Shown here piece after piece: positions 1-9,948 of a stretch of 64,000 bases of DNA. The position numbers and the translations under genes were made by a program. The notes below the pieces were generated by a model. It worked only from the letters and a program-made list of their open reading frames with translations, was not told where the DNA came from and ran no database searches. The stretch's first letter is position 1; each line of letters begins with the position of its first letter. Origin of the DNA: an uncultured Candidatus Saccharibacteria bacterium (GTDB taxonomy: Bacteria; Patescibacteriota; Minisyncoccia; Phycocordibacterales; DAORIS01); assembly GCA_964644035.1 (NCBI GenBank), contig CAZXUH010000001.1, forward strand, positions 195,712 to 259,711, in the 5' to 3' direction.

Positions 1-2363
1 CAGATGTCGATGAAATCACTGGTCTTTCTCCAGCTATTTCTATTGATCAGAAGTCTCGTTCAAACAATCCTCGCTCCAATGTCGCTACGATTACTGAAAT
101 ATACGACTATATGCGTATTTTGTTTGCTCGTGTCGGCAAACCTCATTGTTTGGAATGCGGTAGGGAGATAAAAAAACTTTCTCAAGAGGAAATCGTTGCT
201 ACTATTTCAGAAACTGTCACTTCTATAGATACTTCTAAGAGTAAAAAGTCGGTCATGGGCGTCGAAGTGACGGGTGAAAAGATCGGTATCTATGCTCCTA
301 TGGTCTTAGGCAGAAAAGGTGAGTATTACCAGCTCCTCTATGATCTATTGGGTAAAGGTTATGAAAAAGTGCTCGTCGATGGCGAACCCAAAAAACTCCG
401 AGAGCAAATCGTACTCGATAAAAACAAGAGGCATGATATCGATGTCTTAGTAGACGAATTTTTTGTTTCAGATTTTCATAAAAAAGATGCTGATTTCAAG
501 GAACGTCTTTCAGAAAGCGTTGAAAAAGCACTCAATGAGTCTGATGGACTCATAAAAATCAAGAGTGGAGAGCTCGTAAAGCTCATTTCTTCGAAGTTTA
601 TGTGTCCGTACGACGGGTTTTCATATCCAGAAGTCGAACCACGTTTGTTTTCATTCAATTCTCCATATGGCGCCTGTTCAGCCTGCAATGGTCTCGGTAC
701 AAAATATTTTATGGGTGAGGAAGTCTGTCCAGAATGCAATGGGGCACGTCTGCGCAAAGAAGCTCTCCATGTATTTCTTGGCGAAGGGGATAAAAAAATA
801 AATATCGTAGATCTCACTTCAAAATCAATCGAAGATTGTGCTATGTTCTTCGGTGGTCTCAAACTTACACCAAAAGAAAAAAGTATTTCAAAAGTTGTGC
901 TCAAAGAAATCGATGCTCGTCTACGCTTCATGATCGATGTTGGTATCGAATATCTGACGCTCGATCGTCGTGCCAACACACTCTCTGGTGGCGAAGCACA
1001 GCGCATACGACTTGCATCGCAGCTTGGATCTGGTCTTGTCGGAGCATTGTATGTGCTTGATGAACCGACAATTGGTCTTCATCAAGAAGACAATGATCGT
1101 CTTATCAAAACGCTCCTCTCTCTTCGTGATGCTGGCAATACTATCGTAGTGGTAGAGCACGATGAAGATACGATATTTGCATCTGATTATCTTGTCGACA
1201 TTGGTCCAGGTGCTGGAGTGCATGGTGGACATATCGTTGTAGCAGGAGATTTGGATAAATTGCTCAAAGCTAAGAAAAATGATTCAGGATCAACTACGCT
1301 TGCATATTTGCGCGGAGAAAAAGAAATAGAGGTGCCAAGAGAGCGTCGTAGCGAAGAAAAGGGCAAACTGATTATTAGAAATGGAAATGCTTTCAATATA
1401 AAGGGTCTCGATATAGACATACCGCTCGGCAGGCTGACAGTTATTACTGGAGTGTCTGGTTCTGGAAAGTCGACCTTTATGTATGAAATCATTCATAAAA
1501 ACCTCGAAGCGCGCTTCGACAGACGCAAGCGCAGTGCTGAGGTCTACAATGCATCGAGTTTTTCTGGAACAGAATATTTGGGTAGGGCAATTCTTATCGA
1601 TCAATCTGCTATTGGCCGTACGCCGCGCTCAAACCCTGCTACATATACAGGTGCATGGACCTTTATTCGTGATCTTTTTGCTGCATCGAGCGAAGCCAGG
1701 GCGCGCGGCTGGAAAGCAAACAGATTTTCATTCAACGTCAAAGGTGGTCGTTGCGAGGCGTGTCAGGGCAATGGTGAGATAGCGGTAGAGATGAGTTTCT
1801 TACCAACCGTCTATGTACCGTGCGAAGTCTGTCAGGGCAAACGCTTTATGAAAGAAACGCTCGAAGTGAAATATAAAAAGAAAAATATTCACGAAGTATT
1901 ATCGATGACCGTCGAAGAAGCACTTTCTTTCTTCGAAGATATTCCAGCAATTGCCGACAGATTGCAATCACTCAATGAAGTCGGTCTTGGGTATCTCGAA
2001 CTCGGTCAGTCGGCCACAACTCTTTCGGGTGGAGAAGCGCAGCGTGTCAAAATTTCTTCAGAACTCTATCGTCCTCATACACAAAAAAGCATTTATCTCC
2101 TCGATGAACCTACGATTGGTCTCCATTACGATGACGTGAAGAAACTGATAGAGATTCTTCAGAAACTTGTCGACAAGGGCAATACTGTCTTGGTCATCGA
2201 GCACAATATGGATCTCATAAAATCTGCAGACTATATTATAGATGTTGGCCCTCAAGGTGGAGTAGGTGGAGGGAAAATCGTTGCCAAGGGAACGCCAGAA
2301 GAGGTAGCCCGCAATGCCAAGAGTCATACTGGGAAATATCTCAAAAAGGTCTTGGAAAAATAA
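1..2363 (+). CDS. uvrA: Excinuclease ABC subunit A (5'-truncated by the window edge)
   Basis: Frame is open from base 3 (DVDEITGLSPAISIDQK...ATITEIYDY). Two ABC cassettes (LSGGEAQR x2, GVSGSGKS, LDEPT) and CxxC zinc fingers. Confidence 0.98.
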   Translation, partial: DVDEITGLSPAISIDQKSRSNNPRSNVATITEIYDYMRILFARVGKPHCLECGREIKKLSQEEIVATISETVTSIDTSKSKKSVMGVEVTGEKIGIYAPMVLGRKGEYYQLLYDLLGKGYEKVLVDGEPKKLREQIVLDKNKRHDIDVLVDEFFVSDFHKKDADFKERLSESVEKALNESDGLIKIKSGELVKLISSKFMCPYDGFSYPEVEPRLFSFNSPYGACSACNGLGTKYFMGEEVCPECNGARLRKEALHVFLGEGDKKINIVDLTSKSIEDCAMFFGGLKLTPKEKSISKVVLKEIDARLRFMIDVGIEYLTLDRRANTLSGGEAQRIRLASQLGSGLVGALYVLDEPTIGLHQEDNDRLIKTLLSLRDAGNTIVVVEHDEDTIFASDYLVDIGPGAGVHGGHIVVAGDLDKLLKAKKNDSGSTTLAYLRGEKEIEVPRERRSEEKGKLIIRNGNAFNIKGLDIDIPLGRLTVITGVSGSGKSTFMYEIIHKNLEARFDRRKRSAEVYNASSFSGTEYLGRAILIDQSAIGRTPRSNPATYTGAWTFIRDLFAASSEARARGWKANRFSFNVKGGRCEACQGNGEIAVEMSFLPTVYVPCEVCQGKRFMKETLEVKYKKKNIHEVLSMTVEEALSFFEDIPAIADRLQSLNEVGLGYLELGQSATTLSGGEAQRVKISSELYRPHTQKSIYLLDEPTIGLHYDDVKKLIEILQKLVDKGNTVLVIEHNMDLIKSADYIIDVGPQGGVGGGKIVAKGTPEEVARNAKSHTGKYLKKVLEK

Positions 2364-2394
2364 AAAGAGGGCCCGACCGTATGGTCAGACCCTC
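2363..2394 (-). terminator. Intrinsic terminator (minus strand, possibly bidirectional)
   Basis: Minus strand reads GAGGGTCTGACC-ATAC-GGTCGGGCCCTC followed by TTTTATTTT. Confidence 0.75.
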
Positions 2395-2412
2395 CACCCC
2401 TATTGTTTCTGG

Positions 2413-2550
2413 CTATTGTTTTTGATTGGGTCGCCGAGCCCCATATTTGCTGTGGGCAAACCTGCTTCGTTGCCGTGCAACGTTGAGCCTTTGCCAAGGC
2501 ACTTGCCTGCCGATCGATGTGACTTGAGAACCAGATGTGTACATCCGCAT
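2413..2550 (-). CDS. Putative small basic protein (45 aa, MRMYTSGSQVTSIGRQVPWQRLNVARQRSRFAHSKYGARRPNQKQ)
   Basis: AAGGA 8 nt before the ATG, and the stop lies just before a terminator. An alternative 62-aa GTG frame (2400..2588) also fits. Confidence 0.3.
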   Translation of the reverse strand: MRMYTSGSQVTSIGRQVPWQRLNVARQRSRFAHSKYGARRPNQKQ

Positions 2551-2661
2551 ACTTTGCTTCCTTGAAAAGTGTGTACAGCTCCATTCACAATACTAACCGA
2601 GTGATTGACAGCCTCCTTTTCTGGATTGCAATTGATCCTTTTTGAATATAAATTGATACAT

Positions 2662-3951
2662 ATGAATAGTCAAGAGTTTTTAAACACAGATACTCCCGAT
2701 TTGCCCGGCATATACGAATTCCTCGATGACAAGGGAGATGTTTTGTACGTCGGTAAAGCAACATCCTTGAAGGATCGTGTTAAGAGCTATTTCAATGATG
2801 ATTTGATCGTTACTCGCGGTCAAAAACTCGTCGATATGGTCACTTTGGCTCGAAGTATTAGATTTACTCCAACCCTTTCGGTGCTTGAAGCGCTTATTTT
2901 GGAAGCAAAAAAAATTCAGGACTTACAACCAAAGTACAATACATTATCCAAAGATGATAAAGGATTTAATTGCGTTGTGATAACAAAAGAAGATTTTCCA
3001 AGGATTCTTGTTGTAAGACAGCGTGTACTTGAAAATACATTTCCCAAAAAGGATATCAAATACAGTTTCGGGCCGTTTACAAGCGGCATGGCGCTTGTCG
3101 AAGCACTCAAGATTATTCGTCGCATATTTCCGTATCGTGATCACAAGTGTATTACTGCAGAACAACAGATGGCGGTTGGTAGGACACCAAAATCTTGTTT
3201 CAATAGGCAAATGGGTTTGTGTCCTGGCACCTGTACAGGTGAAATCAGTAAAACTGAGTATGCAAAGATCATAAATCACATAAGGCTCTTTTTCCAAGGC
3301 AAGAAATCAGAGCTTGTAAGGGTTTTGGAGAAAGAAATGAATGCGTATGCTAAACAACTTAAGTTTGAAGAAGCACAGAAGATAAAGAGAACTATTTTTG
3401 CTCTTGATCATATCAATGATGTAGCGCTGATAAAGGCTGATAAAAAGGAGACAGCTGAAGGTCTCGAAGATTTTGAATATGTACAAGACGCTGACAAACC
3501 TTTTCGTATCGAAGCATACGATATTGCACATATCAGTGGTACCAATACTGTCGGAGTGATGACGGTCGTAGAAGATGGCGTGCTCAATAAAAATGAATAT
3601 AGAAAGTTTAAAATACGAGGTGCCAAAAAAGGCGAGGTCAATGATATTAAAAATTTAAAAGAAGTGCTCAAGCGAAGATTTGCGCATAGCGAATGGCAAT
3701 TGCCCAATATACTGGTAGTCGATGGTAGTACCGCTCAAATCAATGCAGCCAAAGAAGTGTTGAAAGAAAAAGAATTAAATATAGAGATTCTATCTGTAGT
3801 AAAAGACAATCGACACAAGGCAAAAGAAGTAATGGGTGATAGTGCTCTTGTTGAGAGATATGGAAAATTGTGCATGCTGGTCAATGCCGAAGCGCATCGT
3901 TTTGCTATTCAATATCACCGACTGTTGAGGAGAAGGTTGTTTGAAAAATAG
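2662..3951 (+). CDS. uvrC: Excinuclease ABC subunit C (short form)
   Basis: GIY-YIG N-terminus (PGIYEF..YVGKA..LKDRVKSYF), UVR domain and RNase H-like domain (IEAYDIAH, VVDG). Start taken at ATG 2662. Confidence 0.93.
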   Translation: MNSQEFLNTDTPDLPGIYEFLDDKGDVLYVGKATSLKDRVKSYFNDDLIVTRGQKLVDMVTLARSIRFTPTLSVLEALILEAKKIQDLQPKYNTLSKDDKGFNCVVITKEDFPRILVVRQRVLENTFPKKDIKYSFGPFTSGMALVEALKIIRRIFPYRDHKCITAEQQMAVGRTPKSCFNRQMGLCPGTCTGEISKTEYAKIINHIRLFFQGKKSELVRVLEKEMNAYAKQLKFEEAQKIKRTIFALDHINDVALIKADKKETAEGLEDFEYVQDADKPFRIEAYDIAHISGTNTVGVMTVVEDGVLNKNEYRKFKIRGAKKGEVNDIKNLKEVLKRRFAHSEWQLPNILVVDGSTAQINAAKEVLKEKELNIEILSVVKDNRHKAKEVMGDSALVERYGKLCMLVNAEAHRFAIQYHRLLRRRLFEK

Positions 3952-4032
3952 TTGTTGATGTGCTAAAAATCTACATTGGAATGGCACGAGGGTGCCATGG
4001 TTCATCTCACGTTAAGTGAAAGGAGTCAGAGT

Positions 4033-4311
4033 ATGACAGCGTCAGTCAGATGTGCAACGCCCAATTGTGGGCATCAGTTCGAGACATGCAAGAAGCGTGT
4101 GAGGAGCAAGAGGGAAATTAAATGTCCGAAATGTCGGCTTCCCGCTAGGGCAACCGGCGCAACCATCAATAACACCGGCGACGTGCTCAAAGCGATTCAT
4201 CTCCTTGAGAGCCTTGCGCCGGATCGGGCAAAAGCATACAAAAGACCTGAACTTCACATGGGCAAACGAAGGAATCGTGTCCATCAACCGGGCACCTTCG
4301 TGGATGCCTGA
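4033..4311 (+). CDS. Small zinc-ribbon hypothetical protein
   Basis: SD GAAAGGAG before ATG 4033; CATPNC...CPKC; terminator at 4331-4361. Confidence 0.7.
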   Translation: MTASVRCATPNCGHQFETCKKRVRSKREIKCPKCRLPARATGATINNTGDVLKAIHLLESLAPDRAKAYKRPELHMGKRRNRVHQPGTFVDA

Positions 4312-4330
4312 GCAATCATCAACATAACCA

Positions 4331-4361
4331 ACGCGTCCCTATTACGGGACGCGTATTTTTT
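4331..4361 (+). terminator. Intrinsic terminator
   Basis: ACGCGTCCC-TATTAC-GGGACGCGT followed by ATTTTTT. Confidence 0.8.
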
Positions 4362-4380
4362 ATTGTATAATTATCTGTAT

Positions 4381-5346
4381 ATGAAACAGATCGTGGCAGT
4401 ATTGCGTGGTGGACCATCGAGTCAGTACGCGCAATCTCTAGAAACCGGCGGATATGTGTTGAAACATTTGCCGGAGCGATACACTGGCCGCGATATATTT
4501 ATTTCTACTGACGGCGCATGGCATGTCGATGGTTTGCAGGTAAAACCTCAGCAAGCACTTGAGCGAGCAGATATTGTCTGGAATGCATTACAAGGTGAGT
4601 ATGGAGAAGATGGTAAAGTGCAGCGCATACTATTTAATAGTGGTATTCCATATACTGGATCCAATCCTGTTGCATCGGCATTGTCCATGAATAAAAAACT
4701 TTCTAAAAAAGCATTTGCCGATGAGGGTATTAGGACACCCATGCATATTATTGTTGAGCAAGGGGATGATCTCAACAATCACGCTCAGCATATTTTCTTT
4801 AACTTTCACATGCCGGTGGTGATAAAACCGACCAATTCTGGCAATTCTATCGGTGTGTCTATTGCTCGCGCTCGTGGTGATATCATTCCTCAGCTCGAAG
4901 AGGCACTTCGTATTTCAAATACAGTGTTGGTAGAAGCATATATTCCTGGCAAAGATATAGTCTGCATTGTTGTTGAAAATCTGCGCGATCAGGAACACTA
5001 CGTGCCGATTCCGATTGAGATCAGATACGCTGCTGGTCATGATATTTTTCATACAGCGCTCAAACAAGACAAGAGTATGATTCACCATGAAGCCATGCAT
5101 TTGATAGACAAGGTTAAAAATGAAATTGCGCATATCGCAAAAGCAGCACATAGAGTGCTGGGACTCAGTCATTATTCACGTTCGGACATGCGTATTACGC
5201 CGACAAATAAGATATATCTGCTTGAGACAAATACTACGCCAATCTTGCACGATCAGTCGGCGACGATACAGTCACTTCGATCTGTGGGAATCGAGCCAAA
5301 AGCCTTTATAGATCACATGATTTCTCTTGCGCTAAAGGGCAATTAA
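4381..5346 (+). CDS. ddl: D-alanine--D-alanine ligase family ATP-grasp protein
   Basis: VAVLRGGPSS, GEYGEDGKVQ, PYTGS, IKP..GNSIG, RSD and LETNTTP motifs. Confidence 0.88.
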   Translation: MKQIVAVLRGGPSSQYAQSLETGGYVLKHLPERYTGRDIFISTDGAWHVDGLQVKPQQALERADIVWNALQGEYGEDGKVQRILFNSGIPYTGSNPVASALSMNKKLSKKAFADEGIRTPMHIIVEQGDDLNNHAQHIFFNFHMPVVIKPTNSGNSIGVSIARARGDIIPQLEEALRISNTVLVEAYIPGKDIVCIVVENLRDQEHYVPIPIEIRYAAGHDIFHTALKQDKSMIHHEAMHLIDKVKNEIAHIAKAAHRVLGLSHYSRSDMRITPTNKIYLLETNTTPILHDQSATIQSLRSVGIEPKAFIDHMISLALKGN

Positions 5347-5364
5347 CGATAATATCTCTTTTAC

Positions 5365-5437
5365 GGGCCGGTAGCTCATCTGGTAGAGCGCCTCACTTGC
5401 ACTGAGGAGGCGGGGGGTTCGAGTCCTCTCCGGTCCA
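5365..5437 (+). tRNA. tRNA-Ala (anticodon TGC), CCA not encoded
   Basis: Acceptor stem GGGCCGG/CCGGTCC with G3:U70; D arm GCTC/GAGC; anticodon arm CCTCA-CTTGCAC-TGAGG; T loop TTCGAGT; discriminator A. Confidence 0.96.
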
Positions 5438-5466
5438 CAACTTCGCTAAAGCTTCGTTGTGCAAGC
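5436..5466 (+). repeat. 31-bp REP-like hairpin element, copy 1
   Basis: CACAAC-TTCG-CTAAAGC-TTC-GTTGTG-CAAGC; same core as the copies at 18148 and 22245. Confidence 0.85.
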
Positions 5467-5552
5467 ACAAACACCTACCAAGGTGCTTTTTTGTGTAAAT
5501 ATATTATGTGTCTAAGGTTGCTTTCTTTACCTAAAAGGTATTGAATGACCAT

Positions 5553-7241
5553 ATGAAATGCAAAAACGTACTTTTATTGATTTTGGTAGCTTTGGCAATT
5601 GCTGCTGCGGCCTTTTATTTTATAACCAACACTCGAGAAGTTCAGGGACAAGTATCGACACAGATCAGTGCAAATACAAAAATCATCGCTTTTGGAGATA
5701 GTCTCGTTGCTGGAGTGGGTGCTACTTCTGGCAATGATTTTGTAAGTGTACTCTCACGACGTATCGGTGCTCCTATTATCAATTCTGGCATAAGCGGTGA
5801 CACTACTGCCGACGCCCTTGCTCGTGTAGATCGCGACGTCGTCAATCAAAATCCTAGTATCGTTATCGTCTTTCTGGGGGGCAATGACATTATTCAACGT
5901 CTGCCAATGGATCAGCAGTTTAGTAATCTCCGAACGATTATCCAGAGAATCCAAAACGGCGGAGCAAAAGTGATTGTTGTCGGTATTCACAATGATATTT
6001 TTGGTGTCGATTATGAAGCAGGATATAGAAATGTTGCTTCAGAAACTGGAGCAGCATATGTACCCAACGCTTTGCCTGGAATACTTGGCAACAGTCAGCT
6101 ATCTTCAGATGCCGTGCACCCCAACGATCAGGGATATCAGATAGTATCCGATCGCGTTTTTCCAGTACTTCAAAATACAATCAATTCTCTTCCAAACCAA
6201 GAACTTAGCGTCACATGTAGCGTTAATGATACAACAATAGCTACCAATCAAAGCGTGACATGGTCTGCGTCTGCTACGGGCGGTGCAGGCAACTATAGAT
6301 ATGAATGGAGCGGATCAGAAGGTCTTTCTGGTACCAATGCTTCTATTTCAAAATCATACACATCAGAAGGTGGTAAGACAGCGTCGGTAAGAGTTATCTC
6401 AGGCAATGTGCAGGTAAATCAAACATGCTCGCAGACTATTGTCGTCAAGGATCCTGTGCTCATTGGTCGCTGCACGATCGAAGTAATAGGAAATCAAAAC
6501 AATACCAACGAACATCTTATTCGCTTTGATTCGTCTTTCAATGGAGGAGTAAATGGTACGACTATCACTTGGACAGGAACTGATGGATTGGTAGGCAATA
6601 GCAACGGTGTAGAAAAAGTCTACACAACGCTTGGTACAAAAACAGGACAAGTGCAGGCTCGATCAGGCAACCAAACACTTCCACTTATATGTAGTGCAGA
6701 TCTTTCACTTAGAGCTTCTGCTACAACAACAGAATCTATTGGTGGACGATGCACTCCAAACGTAAATGGCAAAAGAATTACGTGGAATGCTGCTGGCTAT
6801 GGAGCACAGGGTAACTATACATTCCAGTGGAGTGGGTCTGATGGTCTCTCAGGAACAAGTTCAAGTATTACTACAGACTATTCTTCTGAAGGTATTAAAA
6901 CCGCCAATGTCTTTATCAGATCTGGCAATGAAACGATCAATCTTTCATGTCAGGCAGCAATTACCAATGATGTAGATTCAAATGGTAATAACAATGGAGG
7001 TGGGGGATGCTTTATTGCAACTGCTGCATATGGCACAGAACTACAACCAGAAGTTCAGGCACTTCGCAATTTTAGAGACGAAACCCTTCTACAAAATGCT
7101 ATTGGTGAAAAGTTCGTAGAAACCTATTACAAGGTCAGTCCGCCAATTGCCGACTATATAAGAGATAAAGAGGTACTTAAGTCAGTCGTCCGCGGCGCCC
7201 TCTATCCAGTTGTCGTAGGTCTTGATCAACTAGGTTATTGA
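5553..7241 (+). CDS. Secreted SGNH/GDSL esterase with PKD-like repeats and a C-terminal CFI-box domain
   Basis: N-terminal hydrophobic segment; FGDSL, GGND and DAVHPN catalytic blocks; three W-S/T-G-x-D/E-G-L beta repeats; GGGCFIATAAYG...LRNFRD tail. Confidence 0.85.
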   Translation: MKCKNVLLLILVALAIAAAAFYFITNTREVQGQVSTQISANTKIIAFGDSLVAGVGATSGNDFVSVLSRRIGAPIINSGISGDTTADALARVDRDVVNQNPSIVIVFLGGNDIIQRLPMDQQFSNLRTIIQRIQNGGAKVIVVGIHNDIFGVDYEAGYRNVASETGAAYVPNALPGILGNSQLSSDAVHPNDQGYQIVSDRVFPVLQNTINSLPNQELSVTCSVNDTTIATNQSVTWSASATGGAGNYRYEWSGSEGLSGTNASISKSYTSEGGKTASVRVISGNVQVNQTCSQTIVVKDPVLIGRCTIEVIGNQNNTNEHLIRFDSSFNGGVNGTTITWTGTDGLVGNSNGVEKVYTTLGTKTGQVQARSGNQTLPLICSADLSLRASATTTESIGGRCTPNVNGKRITWNAAGYGAQGNYTFQWSGSDGLSGTSSSITTDYSSEGIKTANVFIRSGNETINLSCQAAITNDVDSNGNNNGGGGCFIATAAYGTELQPEVQALRNFRDETLLQNAIGEKFVETYYKVSPPIADYIRDKEVLKSVVRGALYPVVVGLDQLGY

Positions 7242-7341
7242 CATCAATAAAAAATGTGTTAGATTGTTGCGAGTTATATTCAGTTACCGTGGTCTGGAGC
7301 TGAAATATTGAAATCAAGAGACCAAATGAAAGGTAGGTATT

Positions 7342-7764
7342 ATGGCAGGTAAGTTGTCTATCGGTCCGCTTGGACTCGTTCACGAGGACAACCGTCGCTC
7401 CATTCAGGAGTTCAACGGTGTTGATCGCTCCATCCAGCAGTTCAGGATCAAGGAATCGATTCCTCTTGGGAACCATTTTCACAAGGGGAAAAGCGAAACC
7501 TTTTTGCTGGTGAGCGGTTCTGGCTTCCTTGCATCGTGCGACGTGTCGCCGAAAGACGGTAAGCAGACCAGCGAGGTCGAAATTCAGGAAATCAAGGAAG
7601 GCGAAATGGTTCATATCCCGGCCTATACGGCTCATACGTTCCGTTTCCGGCCAGGATCGCACTTGTTGTGCTTCTCGTCGACCCCGTTCGATGAGAACAA
7701 CAAGGACCTGAACCCCTTCACCCTTGATGTTCCGTTGTTTCCCACGGCGCCTGAAGTCGCCTAA
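7342..7764 (+). CDS. Cupin-fold protein (nucleotide-sugar epimerase/isomerase-like)
   Basis: GNHFHKGKSETF and VHIPAYTAHTF cupin motifs. Own TTGACA-16-TAGATT promoter, SD and terminator; GC-richer codons. Confidence 0.75.
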   Translation: MAGKLSIGPLGLVHEDNRRSIQEFNGVDRSIQQFRIKESIPLGNHFHKGKSETFLLVSGSGFLASCDVSPKDGKQTSEVEIQEIKEGEMVHIPAYTAHTFRFRPGSHLLCFSSTPFDENNKDLNPFTLDVPLFPTAPEVA

Positions 7765-7892
7765 GATGATCTTTTTCTTTTTTAATAGCTAGTGAAGTGC
7801 TATAACTTTCACACAGCCAGATTTCGGAGATCTGGCTTTTTTATTACACAATACAAATTGACATTAAAAACCTTTTATGGTAGGTTCGCGGC

Positions 7893-8852
7893 ATGACAAA
7901 GCAATACAAGTCAACAGTCATTCTGTCAACTTTAACAATAATGTGTGCAGTATTTTCATTTGTGGCTGCAGCTCCAGTCGCAGAAGCGACTTCAGCAGCA
8001 CCGATCGTTTCAATCGGCGTTGGCAACGGTAACGTTCCAGCCAATTTAGGTCCAGTTCACGGTAATGTATACAACGGCGATATCGCCGTCTACGCAACGG
8101 TAGACGATACCGACCTCCAGAACTACCATTTTCGTGTTATCAAGGATGGCGGCGTTCAGGGTCACTCATGCAGCGATCTGTTTGCTCCTATCAGCCAGGG
8201 TTATGCATCAACAACTCTTGGTAAAACAGCGTGCGGTTTCAATTTCAACCAGTCTGTATACCTTTCATCAGGTTTTACTGACACATTGATTGCAACTCTC
8301 CACACATCTGACCTCGCGGCTTTTGGTGGCGACGGCGACTACTGGCTCATCATTGGTGCTCTCGATGAAGACGGTAATCGTTCAAGTTCAGACTATCTTA
8401 CAGATCCAAAAATAAAGATCACGATCGATAGCTCAGCAACTTCAACTAATCCTGTTCCTCCAGTTACACCTCCTACAACACCTGCACCTTCAACAGGTAG
8501 CAGCAACGGTTCAGCCCCTCAGACATCTGCTGGCGGCACCATCAGCGGCGTAACGGGTGGTACATCTGGTACAACAACTACTTCAGCTCCTAAGGTTTCA
8601 AGCACAGGTTCAAGCAACACACGAATCGCTTCAGCGTTTCCTGGTGCCAATGTCTTGAGCACACTTGATACTGAGACAGGTCTTGAAGCTGGTACAACAA
8701 CAGCAACGAGCACAGCTACAACAACTGATGAAGCAGGTTCATTCCTTGCAGCAGCCGGTCTCTCAGGATATGACTTCAATTGGTGGTGGTTGCTTCTCTT
8801 GATCCCAATCGCAGGTATTGCATACTATTTCATGAGAGTAAACCGAGCATAA
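7893..8852 (+). CDS. Secreted/surface protein with Pro/Thr/Ser linker and C-terminal membrane anchor
   Basis: Signal peptide, beta-rich domain, PT/S-rich stalk, WWWLLLLIPIAGIAYYFMR tail. Confidence 0.85.
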   Translation: MTKQYKSTVILSTLTIMCAVFSFVAAAPVAEATSAAPIVSIGVGNGNVPANLGPVHGNVYNGDIAVYATVDDTDLQNYHFRVIKDGGVQGHSCSDLFAPISQGYASTTLGKTACGFNFNQSVYLSSGFTDTLIATLHTSDLAAFGGDGDYWLIIGALDEDGNRSSSDYLTDPKIKITIDSSATSTNPVPPVTPPTTPAPSTGSSNGSAPQTSAGGTISGVTGGTSGTTTTSAPKVSSTGSSNTRIASAFPGANVLSTLDTETGLEAGTTTATSTATTTDEAGSFLAAAGLSGYDFNWWWLLLLIPIAGIAYYFMRVNRA

Positions 8853-8877
8853 ACTCAAAAAACTACTAAGTTTACTT

Positions 8878-8904
8878 AAAACCGTCACCTCCGTGGCGGT
8901 TTTT
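8878..8904 (+). terminator. Intrinsic terminator
   Basis: AAAACCGTCAC-CTCC-GTGGCGGTTTTT. Confidence 0.8.
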
Positions 8905-8977
8905 CGTATATAGACAATAGCGCTGAATATGGTATAATAGAGGAAGTGGCGTTCACCAGCGAAGGAGGTGATTATAT

Positions 8978-9058
8978 ACGCTGCCGACAAGGGTTGTGTC
9001 CTTCGTCATCATAGCCGCAGTTCTCTTTTTTATTTTCTATGCGGTCTGGCCGTCTTAA
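8978..9058 (+). CDS. Putative 26-aa hydrophobic peptide with a non-canonical (ACG/CTG) start, type I toxin-like
   Basis: TAGACA-16-TATAAT promoter, perfect SD AAGGAGGTGA, ORF xLPTRVVSFVIIAAVLFFIFYAVWPS*, terminator at 9062-9096. Confidence 0.45.
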   Translation, partial: TLPTRVVSFVIIAAVLFFIFYAVWPS

Positions 9059-9117
9059 TTAAAAAGCTCTGGGAATAAAATTCCGGAGCTTTCTTTATTA
9101 TATGATAAAATTATTGC

Positions 9118-9948
9118 ATGATCATTGCTATCGATATCGGCGGTACCAATACTCGCATAGCACTTATTGGAGATGATAGAAAGATTGTTCAGAAAATTTC
9201 TTTTCCAACAAAATCAGACATTGAGGAAGAAGCAGCAACTATTGCTCAAAGATTGGCAAAAATCCCTCACAAAGAAGTGACACGTGCTGTGGCAGGCGTG
9301 CCGGGTGTTGTTTCCGAAGAAGGCGTAGTAATTTCTTCGCCAAATCTTGTCACATGGGAGCAATACAATATTAAACATATATTATCTGAGAAGCTTGATC
9401 TAGAAGTATTGATAGTAAATGATGCAGAACTGGCAGCTATCGGCGAAGCCGCTTATGGAGCAGGCAAGGATTATCATGTAGTAGCTTTTCTGACGATCAG
9501 TACAGGCATAGGCGGTGCTCGTATAGTAGGTAAGTCATTTGATACTGGTCTATCGGTTTTCGAGCCAGGCAGACAGATTATCGATATTAAAAAGCAGCTT
9601 AGTCTGCAAGATATAGCTTCAGGTGCTGCAGTGCGAAGAGAAACAGGCAAAGCGCCTCGTGAAGTGACCAATAAGCTCTTCTGGAAGCGCAAGGCCGAGG
9701 CTTTGGCAGTAGGGGTCTGGAATAGTATTGTTCATTGGTCACCGCAGATCATCGTCTTTGGTGGACCTATGATATTGCGAAAGCCGGGAATCGATATCGA
9801 TGAAGTAGAAGAAATATTAAGAGAAATTTCCAACGACACTTTACCACTTCCAACACTTGCTCTGTCTGCTCTTGGAGATGATGCAGCCCTCTATGGTGCT
9901 TTGGCCTACGATGAATTACTTCTTTCTCACGATGACTCCCTCGTTTGA
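9118..9948 (+). CDS. ROK family sugar kinase (glucokinase-like)
   Basis: IDIGGTN, NDAELAAIGE and TISTGIGG motifs. Confidence 0.9.
   Translation: MIIAIDIGGTNTRIALIGDDRKIVQKISFPTKSDIEEEAATIAQRLAKIPHKEVTRAVAGVPGVVSEEGVVISSPNLVTWEQYNIKHILSEKLDLEVLIVNDAELAAIGEAAYGAGKDYHVVAFLTISTGIGGARIVGKSFDTGLSVFEPGRQIIDIKKQLSLQDIASGAAVRRETGKAPREVTNKLFWKRKAEALAVGVWNSIVHWSPQIIVFGGPMILRKPGIDIDEVEEILREISNDTLPLPTLALSALGDDAALYGALAYDELLLSHDDSLV

Noticed and set aside
5437-9100. Prophage or integrative element at tRNA-Ala
   Set aside because: No integrase, no duplicated tRNA 3' end (attR) found and no phage genes.
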